Source: Nemertoderma westbladi
Taxonomy: Eukaryota > Animalia > Xenacoelomorpha
Assembly (NCBI GenBank): GCA_032718475.1
Contig: JAUCBJ010008399.1
Span: 1 to 37,799 of the forward strand
Reading direction: 5' to 3'
DNA: 37,799 nucleotides
Shown: piece by piece, positions 12,403-24,400 of the stretch
Numbering within the stretch: the stretch's first letter is position 1
Layout of the letters: each line of letters opens with the position of its first letter
Program-made: the position numbers and the translations under genes
The notes under the pieces: model-generated
What the model was told of the DNA's origin: nothing
What the model saw: the letters and a program-made list of their open reading frames with translations, nothing else
Database searches by the model: none

Positions 12403-15400
12403 CTGAAAGTAAATAAAACCAATCGAAAATATTCTATATTGTTGTCCTATCTATCTCTATACAAGTAAAGATTATTTTATGAGAAAAGTAGCTAACCTTT
12501 TTTAAAAATCATCTAAAAACACGCACACGGACTATTAAATTCTTAGACGTAATTATATTCCACTATTGGATTGGTGGTTGAAAAGTTGATTCACATTTAG
12601 AAGGAATCGAGTTATTTAGTGAAAACGCAAACAAATAATAGGCAGAAAAATTAGTTAATTTTTCCATTAGATGTACATGTTTTTAAAATTTGGGTGTTTT
12701 TGAATCATTATTGTAGAAATAAAATAATAACTGTTATTGTTAAATGATATTATGAGAATTGCAATATAATCCAAATGACTATGAATTATCACGCATAACA
12801 GTACCAGAATATCAGTAACTTCGAGTTTTACTGGCTGATCAAATTTTACGAGTTTTATATACGTTAACAATATGAACATGGTTTTTGAATTTTTGTTGGC
12901 TACTGGGATAATGCTAAACTGTGGTAGTCATATAAAATAGTTTTACCTTTATATAAAGTTATTTGACCGACTAGTGGGGAGTAAAGTAGTACATATCCTG
13001 CTTAAGTTTAAACTGATTAAGGAAATTTACATTTCATTTTGAATAAAATAGTATTAGCGTACTCAGGTTTTTCTGGGTTGAAATTACTACATAAATAGTT
13101 TTAAAAAAACAACAAAAAATTATGAAAGAAAACTAACTATTTCGCTAGAAACGACGTAGACCATAACGAATGTAGCGGTAAATGTTACCCTCCCGGCTTG
13201 AGCGAGAGTAATCTTTAACCAAGGAACGGGGATAGTGGCAGCCCCAATGCAACAAAGTCCTCCAATGATCTCCAATATCATGAGGGGATACTTCCGGCCG
13301 AAAAAATACAAAACCACTGAAACAAATAATTTCTAACGTTTTAATAACAAAATACTATACTTCTAATCAGAAGGTGTTATTTATTTCTAAGAAATACGAA
13401 TTACTGTTGATATTTATAAGTAGATAATATTAAATAAAATTTGTACACAAATTATATTACATTATCTAATTTACATAGATTATTGATTATATTAGACGAA
13501 CAAAAAGCAAATAATAAGAATACCAGATAAGGATAATAATATTCGAATTTATGGAACAATAACTTTTATGATATGTAATAAACTAGATTTGATCACCAAA
13601 GTTGTGAAATATTACTAAAGGAGTCTGTTGTGCGAACCCCTGAGGCCCTCAACTACCCCGAATACAAAACTCTTCCGCGGTCTCTGACCCCCAAGCAGAC
13701 AACATGAGTTTCAGCGGAGAGAACCGGGTGTCTGCGTATGACGCATGGCGCATGCGAAACTCATGCATTAACTATTACGATAGTTACAGTTACCTTGAGG
13801 AATAACCCTAGCTGAGGGCATTAACTACTCCGATAGTTACAGTTACCTTGAGGAATAACCCTAGCTGAGAGCATTAACTATTCCGATAGTTACAGTTACC
13901 TTGAAGAATAACCCTAGCTGAGGGCATTAATTCTCCGATAGTTACAGTTACCTTGAGGAATAACCCTAGCTGAGGGCATTAACTACTCCGATAGTTACAG
14001 TTACCTTGAGGAATAACCCTAGCTGAGGGCATTAATTCTCCGATAGTTACAGTTACCTTGAAGAATAACCCTAGCTGAGGGCATTAACTACTCCGATAGT
14101 TACAGTTACCTTGAGGAATAACCCTAGCTGAGGGCATTAACTACACCGATAGTTACAGTTACCTTGAGGAATAACCCTAGCTGAGGGCATGAACTACTCC
14201 GATAGTTACAGTTACCTTGAGGAATAACCCTAGCTGAGGGCATTAACTACACCGATAGTTACAGTTACCTTGAGGAATAACCCTAGCTGAGGGCATTAAT
14301 TCTCCGATAGTTACAGTTACCTTGAGGAATAACCCTAGCTGAGGGCATTAACTACTCCGATAGTTACAGTTACCTTGAGGAATAACCCTAGCTGAGGGCA
14401 TTAACTACTCCGATAGTTACAGTTACCTTGAGGAATAACCCTAGCTGAGGGCATTAACTACTCCGATAGTTACAGTTACCTTGAGGAATAACCCTTGCTG
14501 AGGGCATTAACTACACCGATAGTTACAGTTACCTTGAGGAATAACCCTAGCTGAGGGCATTAACTACTCCGATAGTTACAGTTACCTTGAGGAATAACCC
14601 TAGCTGAGGGCATTAACTACACCGATAGTTACAGTTACCTTGAGGAATAACCCTAGCTGAGGGCATTAATTCTCCGATAGTTACAGTTACCTTGAGGAAT
14701 AACCCTTGCTGAGGGCATTAACTACACCGATAGTTACAGTTACCTTGAGGAATAACCCTAGCTGAGGGCATTAACTACTCCGATAGTTACAGTTACCTTG
14801 AGGAATAACCCTTGCTGAGGGCATTAACTACTCCGATAGTTACAGTTACCTTGAGGAATAACCCTTGCTGAGGGCATTAACTACTCCGATAGTTACAGTT
14901 ACCTTGAGGAATAACCCTTGCTGAGGGCATTAACTACTCCGATAGTTACAGTTACCTTGAAGAATAACCCTAGCTGAGGGCATTAACTACTCCGATAGTT
15001 ACAGATACCTTGAGGAATAACCCTTGCTGAGGGCATTAACTACTCCGATAGTTACAGTTACCTTGAGGAATAACCCTTGCTGAGGGCATTAACTACTCCG
15101 ATAGTTACAGTTACCTTGAGGAATAACCCTAGCTGAGGGCATTAACTACTCCGATAGTTACAGTTACCTTGAGGAATAACCCTAGCTGAGGGCATTAACT
15201 ACTCCGATAGTTACAGTTACCTTGAGGAATAACCCTAGCTGAGGGCATTAACTACTCCGATAGTTACAGTTACCTTGAGGAATAACCCTAGCTGAGGGCA
15301 TTAACTATTCCGATAGTTACAGTTACCTTGAGGAATAACCCTAGCTGAGGGCATTAATTCTCCGATAGTTACAGTTACCTTGAGGAATAACCCTAGCTGA

Positions 15401-18400
15401 GGGCATTAACTACTCCGATAGTTACAGTTACCTTGAGGAATAACCCTAGCTGAGGGCATTAACTACTCCGATAGTTACAGTTACCTTGAGGAATAACCCT
15501 AGCTGAGGGCATTAACTACTCCGATAGTTACAGTTACCTTGAGGAATAACCCTAGCTGAGGGCATTAACTATTCCGATAGTTACAGTTACCTTGAGGAAT
15601 AACCCTAGCTGAGGGCATTAACTACTCCGATAGTTACAGTTACCTTGAGGAATAACCCTAGCTGAGGGCATTAACTACTCCGATAGTTACAGTTACCTTG
15701 AGGAATAACCCTAGCTGAGGGCATTAACTACTCCTATAGTTACAGTTTCCTTGAAGAATAACCCTTGCTGAGGGCATTAACTACTCCGATAGTTACAGTT
15801 ACCTTGAGGAATAACCCTAGCTGAGGGCATTAACTACTCCGATAGTTACAGTTACCTTGAGGAATAACCCTAGCTGAGGGCATTAACTACTCCGATAGTT
15901 ACAGTTACCTTGAAGAATAACCCTAGCTGAGGGCATTAACTACTCCGATAGTTACAGTTACCTTGAGGAATAACCCTAGCTGAGGGCATTAACTACTCCG
16001 ATAGTTACAGTTACCTTGAGGAATAACCCTAGCTGAGGGCATTAACTAGTCCGATAGTTACAGTTACCTTGAGGAATAACCCTAGCTGAGGGCATTAACT
16101 ACTCCGATAGTTACAGTTACCTTGAGGAATAACCCTAGCTGAGGGCATTAACTACTCCGATAGTTACAGTTACCTTGAAGAATAACCCTTGCTGAGGGCA
16201 TTAACTACTCCGATAGTTACAGTTACCTTGAGGAATAACCCTAGCTGAGGGCATTAACTACTCCGATAGTTACAGTTACCTTGATGAATAACCCTAGCTG
16301 AGGGCATTAACTACTCCGATAGTTACAGTACCTTGAGGAATAACCCTAGCTGAGGGCATTAACTACTCCGATAGTTACAGTTACCTTGAGGAATAACCCT
16401 AGCTGAGGGCATTAACTACTCCGATAGTTACAGTTACCTTGATGAATAACCCTAGCTGAGGGCATTAACTACTCCGATAGTTACAGTTACCTTGAGGAAT
16501 AACCCTAGCTGAGGGCATTAACTACTCCGATAGTTACAGTTACCTTGAGGAATAACCCTAGCTGAGGGCATTAACTACTCCGATAGTTACAGTTACCTTG
16601 AGGAATAACCCTAGCTGAGGGCATTAACTACTCCGATAGTTACATCTGTTGACGCCTAATGGGCATAGAGATTAGGGATTTTGTTCTATATTATCTTCAT
16701 AAATAGTGACAATTGATATGACTGCAAAATGGTTTTGTTTTATCATAAACTTATTGATATGTTATTATGTTGCCGTCAGTTCCTGAATCAAGGGATTGAC
16801 GCCAATGTAAGTTCCCGGGGGTTGCGCTAGATCCCGAAATACTATTCACCGGAATTATTGGTGTTGGGGAAACTTAGGATTTGTAATGCAGATCGTGAGA
16901 AAATAATAGTTTGGATTGAATGTTAATTTATTCGCTGCTAACTGATTCCTTAGACGAACTGTTGCATCAACTAATTGTTCACAATCTGATTCTAAATAAT
17001 TTTGGGCTCCCATACACTAAATAATTAGAATAAACACATACATCGGTAATAAACCTACAGTACAAACAATTTATTTAGTATTTACTTTATAGGACGGCAG
17101 ACTTACTTTATATGATTTTAACCACCCCAACTACGTTTGATACCCATGTCTAGTCGGTGTCCGTCATGTCTGGCGAGGGGCTACAGCTTCCGTTACGTTC
17201 CGAGTCCTTTTCAGGCTCGTAATAGCTCCATCAGCCACCTGTCACTCCGTCCGTTAATATCCGTAGTGTCTGGTGAGAAGATACAGTTTTCCATTACGTT
17301 GCGAGTCCTTTTCAGGCTCGTAATAGCTCCGTAGACCATAATCCTCTCTGTAAGTCGCAGAACGTCGGTGCGAGCAGAGGAGAGCGATTTCCATTGCGTT
17401 CCGAGTCCTTTTCAGGCTCGTAATAACTCCGTAGATCACAAACCCCGCTCCGTCAGTGTCGGTCCTTTGCGGAGCGCTATGTCGATTGGTTCCGAGTCCT
17501 TTTCAGGCTCGTACTACGCACAGCGAACTAGCGCACCGCTCAGGCGGTCCAAAGTCTGGTTCCCTTCCCGCTGTGTGGCCTCCTGGTCTGCTTGTTTCCG
17601 AGTCCTTTTCAGGCTCGTACTACGCACAGCGAACTAGCGCACCGCTCAGGCGGTCCAAAGTCTGGTTCCCTTCCCGCTGTGTGGCCTCCTGGTCTGCTTG
17701 TTTCCGAGTCCTTTTCAGGCTCGTACTACTCACAGTAAAAGAACCCACTGGGGAATAGGTAGTCCCTTCAGGATAGTCAGCCTTCCCGGAAAACAGCCCG
17801 TAATCAAATAATTTTGGGTTTTATAACTTCTAGTTTTTTACCCACCATGTCCGGGTATATTTGGAATTTTCATTTGGAATGAGTTTGTTTTTCGGTGGGT
17901 ACCCGGGGCCAGGATGAAAATAACGCGAACATATTATGATATTTATATAAAATACTTCTTATAATAAATAATTTGTTTACTCCTAGAAAGTCTATTTTAT
18001 TAATTTACTTACATAAACAAAGTGCCGTGGCGGGAACTTCCAAAAGACCACTGATGATGTTGTCGAGAAACATGCTGCTACCAAACTGGTCGATGTTTAA
18101 GGCAATCCCGTAGTAACCGATAACATTAACAAACCAATTAAAACACAATATAATAGTACGGAATCTGAGATTTGGAGTTCGAAACAGCGAAACGAAAGTG
18201 TAAGTTACAGGTCCGTCAGATGCAGTCTGGTTTGCGTGACCATGGTTGCTATCACCGATAGTGGTTGGAGACACAAAACATCCTTTCGACCTAGAAAGTT
18301 ATTATTTATAGAAGATTTATAAGAATATTAGAATTCCAGAAATCATACAAAATAGAACAAAGTCATACGGATAAATTGGTAATTTATAGATATTTGTATT

Positions 18401-21400
18401 AGTCAAGGTCAGTGTCCTTTAAGATGCGTCTCAAGAAAGTCATGGGCTGTCCACCATGCTTATTCACTCCATGAGGCTGCCAAAGTACAAGATTATGCAC
18501 TGGCTGGTCCTTAAGGCAAAAGCAATGTCCTGCAAAGTGGAGGCGGTTCCGTTCAAGTGTCAAGCTATTGAAGACTAATGGAACACCCCCAGTGTTGTAT
18601 AGAGTCTGATTGGGGGATGTGTTCAATGTACTTGACACAATGAATACGTGTTGCGGTTAGCTCCAATGCTGCACATAAAAGTCGCCAATTTATGGAGGTA
18701 TTTTTGGGTGAATGAATGGTTTCATATTATTATAATTTTTGCTGAATTGTTTTAAGTTTCTAATCAAATACCAATATATCTCACCTATCTTCCATTCGCT
18801 GGAGTTTTTCTTGTATTTCATTAGGAATCGCCATTTTATTTGTCGCCGCCATGCACTCCATTACTGCCCGTGCCTTTGTCACTCTCTTAGTTGTCAGCAA
18901 CCAACGCGCGCTCTCTTTTATGTGACTAAAAAGTTATATAGAAATTGAATAACTAATTGAGTAATCACAGTAATAATAAATACTCAATAATTTTATAATT
19001 TTATGAAATCGATTATTGCCCATTTATTAACGAATTATAAAAAAATATAAACCACTACTGAATACCAAGAGTTAAAACAGCTGCTGAATAAATCAACAGT
19101 TAAAACAGCTGCTGAATAATAAACCAAGAGTTAAAACAGCTGCTGAATAATAAACCAAGAGTTAAAATAGCTGCTGAATAATAAACCAAGAGTTAAAACA
19201 GCTGCTGAATAATAAACCAAGAGTTAAAACAGCTGCTGAATAATAAACCATGAGTTAAAATAGCTGCTGAATAATAAACCAAGAGTTAAAACAGCTGCTG
19301 AATAATAAACCAAGAGTTAAAACAGCTGCTGAATAATAAACAAAGAGTTAAAACAGCTGCTGAATAATAAACCAAGAGGTAAAACAGCTGCTAAATAATA
19401 AACCAAGAGGTAAACCAGTTGCTGAATAATAAACCAAGAGTTAAAACAGCTGCTGAATAATAAACCAAGAGTTAAAACAGCTGCTGAATAATACATATAC
19501 CAAGAGTTAAAGCAGCTACTAGATCATAAAGCAAGAGTTAAAGCAGCTACTGAATAATAAACCAAGAGTTAAAGCAGCCGCTGAATAATAAACCAAGAGT
19601 TAAAACAGCTGCTGAATAAATATACCAAGAGTTAAAGCAGCTGCTGAATAATAAACCAAGAGTTAAAACAGCTGCTGAATAATAAACCAAGAGTTAAAAC
19701 AGCTGCTGAATAATAAACCAAGAGTTAAAACAGCCGCTGAATAATAAATAAACCAAGAGTTAAAGCAGCTGCTGAATAATAAACCAAGAGTTAAAGCAGC
19801 TGCTGAATAATAAACCTAGAGTTAAAGCAGCCGCTGAATAATAAACCAAGAGTTAAAGCAGCCGCTGAATAATAAACCAAGAGTTAAAACAGCTGCTGAA
19901 TAATAAACCTAGAGTTAAAGCAGCTGCTGAATAAACCAAGAGTTAAATCAGCTGCTGAATAATAACCCAAGAGTTAAAACAGCTGTTGAATAATAAACCA
20001 AGAGTTAATACAGCTGCTGAATAATAAACCAAGAGTTAAAACAGCTGCTGAATAATAAACCAAGAGTTAAAACAGCTGCTGAATAATGAATAAACCAAGA
20101 GTTAAAGCAGCTACTAGATAATAAATCAAGAATTAAAGCAGCTGCTGAATAATAAACCAAGAGTTAAAGCAGCTGCTGAATAATAAACCAAGAGTTAAAG
20201 CAGCTGCTGAATAATAAATAAATCAAGAGTTAAAACAGCTGCTGAATAATAAATCAAGAGTTAAAACAGCTGCTGAATAATAAATATACCAAGAGTTAAA
20301 GCAGCTACTAGATAATAAATCAAGAGTTAAAGCAGCTGCTGAATAATAAACCAAGAGTTAAAGCAGCTGCTGAATAATAAACCAAGAGTTAAAGCAGCTG
20401 CTGAATAATAAACCAAGAGTTAAAGCAGCTGCTGAATAATAAACCAAGAGTTAAAGCAGCTGCTGAATAATAAACCAAGAGTTAAAGCAGCTGCTGAATA
20501 ATAAACCAAGAGTTAAAGCAGCTGCTGAATAATAAACCAAGAGTTAAAACAGATGCTGAATAATAAATAAACCAAGAGTTAAAGCAGCTGCTGAATAATA
20601 AACCAAGAGTTAAAGCAGCCGCTGAATAATAAACCAAGAGTTAAAGCAGCCGCTGAATAATAAACCAAGAGTTAAAACAGCTGCTGAATAATAAACCAAG
20701 AGTTAAAATAGCTGCTGAATATAAATAAATATAAATATATGAATTTATGTAAATATTGACATTTTATCTTTGTACCAACTGTTATGTACTTTTAATGAGA
20801 ATGTGCATAATGGGTTGTAAAATTTGAAAATTTTTGTGTGTAACACTTATGACCTATGACGCAGGCGTATGCGTCACGCACTATATGCACTTATGACGCA
20901 GGCGTATGCGTCATGGGTTTGTATTTAAATCTATGGGTTTGTAGATCATATTAGGTGCTTAGCTATTACTATATTGCTGTATTTTGCGCATTTAGGCAAA
21001 TCTTACAGTAGGTATGTATTGAGTGTGAGTCTGAATGTTGTTCTGCTACTTCTGCACTTTATAGGGTGTATTATTAGTGTTAGGTATATGGCGTAATGCC
21101 AACCACCTAATACCGTGGTACAGACTTACAGAAAGACCGACATACAGACAGACTAGATTTATATAAACGTTGAAACTGACATCAGAAATGAAATCACCAA
21201 CCCTAGGTTGCTCCCCTTCCATAGATTATCTCTCGCATTACTTAATATACCACCGTTTATTCTTCACTCTTATATCCCGCTAACCTTCTATCTCTTCTAA
21301 CACTAACCATATCCCAAAGAATGGTAAAACACAAAACACAACGCAGACTAGACAGAATGATCTCCAATCGTGTCTCATTGCGTAAGCAACTGTGGTAGAC

Positions 21401-24400
21401 ACCGCAATACCAAGACCAAAGTAGGCCTCTATAGTGCAACCAGTAAGGGTACGCCATTTGGGGGAGGACATCTCACACGCCATTATAAACCTATATGGTA
21501 AAATTATAAACTCAGGTTTTATACAAATGAGAAAATTATAAACCTATGAAATAAATTTAAACTTATAATAATTCAAATCCCTCCTCACATCTCTCGGGAG
21601 GTTCGGGGTTCGATCCCCCATGAGGGCCATTTGTTTCAACACGAATGCTTTGAAGAGACCAGCCAGGGTGCATCTCTGCCTTCCATCCTTAAGTGGTAGC
21701 TAAATGATTACTGGAGTTTCCTCTGGGGGGACCGCACTGCAAATAAGTCGCATTGGCCCAAATAAAAGTTTACAAGAAGATTAATATAAATTAATATAAA
21801 GAAATTTGAGTTGTGATCATAATGCAACTGTAATTGTTCACTCTAACATACTTGAGGCCGGTAGGTCCGCCGTTAGAAATAGGATTTGTAACTTAGAATA
21901 ATAGGAAGGCCAAGTGCCAGGTGAAGTGGCTGAACTGGTTAGCGCTACTACTAATGTCCACCAAAGTGGCTGAACTGGTTAGCGCTACTACTAATGTCCA
22001 CCAAAGTGGCTGAACTGGTTAGCGCTACTACTAATGTCCACCAAAGTGGCTGAACTGGTTAGCGCTACTACTAATGTCCAGCAAAGTGGCTGAACTGGTT
22101 AGCGCTACTACTAATGTCCACCAAAGTGGCTGAACTGTTTAGCGCTACTACTAATGTCCACCAAAGTGGCTGAACTGGTTAGCGCTACTACTAATGTCCA
22201 CCAAAGTGGCTGAACTGGTTAGCGCTACTACTAATGTCCACCAAAGTGGCTGAACTGGTTAGCGCTACTACTAATGTCCACCAAAGTGGCTGAACTGGTT
22301 AGCGCTACTACTAATGTCCACCAAAGTGGCTGAACTGGTTAGCGCTACTACTAATGTCCACCAAAGTGGCTGAACTGGTTAGCGCTACTACTAATGTCCA
22401 CCATATTGTGCAGCCCGGTCCTACATCTAAGTAAAATAAAGTTAAATAGTTTTACGGTGACTCACCCCATTATGATTACCATTATAGACGAACAACCAAG
22501 TAGAATTCTCTGAAAGATCATAACTTCGTAAGAAACACTAAAGTAATAGCTGGATATCGATACAGCGTGAACTACTACAGACCCATAGAAAGTCGGAAGG
22601 CGTCCAAAGTAATCCGCGATCTGCATAAAATTAATAATTAATAATTTTCTTATCTCTGTTTTGCATAATCAAAGTTACAAGAAACAATAATACAAGTTGG
22701 AATAAAACATGGAAGTTACAAGTCGACGTAGGAATGTGGTATATCGACGTAGGAATGTGGTATATCGACGTAGGAATGTGGTATATCGACGTAGGAATGG
22801 GGTATATCGACGTAGGAATGGGGTATATCGACGTAGGAATGGGGTATATCGACGTAGGAATGGGGTATATCGACGTAGGAATGTGGTATATCGACGTAGG
22901 AATGTGGTATATCGACGTAGGAATGGGGTATATCGACGTAGGAATGTGGTATATCGACGTAGGAATGGGGTATATCGACGTAGGAATGGGGTATATCGAC
23001 GTAGGAATGTGGTATATCGACGTAGGAATGGGGTATATCGACGTAGGAATGGGGTATATCGACGTAGGAATGTGGTATATCGACGTAGGAATGTGGTATA
23101 TCGACGAAGGAATGGGGTATATCGACGTAGGAATGTGGTATATCGACGTAGGAATGTGGTATATCGACGTAGGAATGTGGTATATCGACGTAGGAATGGG
23201 GTATATCGACGTAGGAATGGGGTATATCGACGTAGGAATGTGGTATATCGACGTAGGAATGGGGTATATCGACGTAGGAATGTGGTATATCGACGTAGGA
23301 ATGTGGTATATCGACGTAGGAATGTGGTATATCGACGTAGGAATGTGGTATATCGACGTAGGAATGTGGTATATCGACGTAGGAATGTGGTATATCGACG
23401 TAGGAATGTGGTATATCGACGTAGGAATGTGGTATATCGACGTAGGAATGTGGTATATCGACGTAGGAATGTGGTATATCGACGTAGGAATGTGGTATAT
23501 CGACGTAGGAATGGGGTATATCGACGTAGGAATGTGGTATATCGACGTAGGAATGTGGTATATCGACGTAGGAATGTGGTATATCGACGTAGGAATGTGG
23601 TATATCGACGTAGGAATGTGGTATATCGACGTAGGAATGTGGTACATCGACGTAGGAATGGGGTATATCGACGTAGGAATGGGGTATATCGACGTAGGAA
23701 TGGGGTATATCGACGTAGGAATGTGGTATATCGACGTAGGAATGGGGTATATCGACGTAGGAATGTGGTATATCGACGTAGGAATGTGGTATATCGACGT
23801 AGGAATGTGGAATATCGACGTAGGAATGTGGTATATCGACGTAGGAATGGGGTATATCGACGTAGGAATGTGGTATATCGACGTAGGAATGGGGTATATC
23901 GACGTAGGAATGGGGTATATCGACGTAGGAATGTGGTATATCGACGTAGGAATGTGGTATATCGACGTAGGAATGTGGTATATCGACGTAGGAATGGGGT
24001 ATATCGACGTAGGAATGTGGTGTATCGACGTAGGAATGTGGTATATCGACGTAGGAATGTGGTATATCGACGTAGGAATGTGGTATATCGACGTAGGAAT
24101 GTGGTATATCGACGTAGGAATGTGGTATATCGACGTAGGAATGTGGTATATCGACGTAGGAATGTGGTATATCGACGTAGGAATGTGGTATATCGACGTA
24201 GGAATGTGGTATATCGACGTAGGAATGGGGTATATCGACGTAGGAATGGGGTATATCGACGTAGGAATGTGGTATATCGACGTAGGAATGTGGTATATCG
24301 ACGTAGGAATGTGGTATATCGACGTAGGAATGTGGTATATCGACGTAGGAATGTGGTATATCGACGTAGGAATGTGGTATATCGACGTAGGAATGTGGTA

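Noticed and set aside
8034-16644. Telomeric or subtelomeric repeat tract
   Set aside because: There is only one TAGGGTTA octamer per unit and no (TTAGGG)n run.
17201-17725. Bona fide prokaryotic CRISPR array
   Set aside because: The context is a eukaryotic intron with no cas genes. Spacers are 70-85 nt and partly homologous to each other. Kept only as a CRISPR-like architecture.
17201-17725. Hammerhead ribozyme reading of the core (CUGAAAA...GGAA)
   Set aside because: It lacks the essential G8 of CUGANGA and a consistent GAAA/stem III; a simple GAAA-tetraloop hairpin fits better.
17137-17758. Short ORFs with repeated VPSPFQAR/RVLFRLV peptides
   Set aside because: Repeat periods are not multiples of 3, so the same DNA core is read in different frames.
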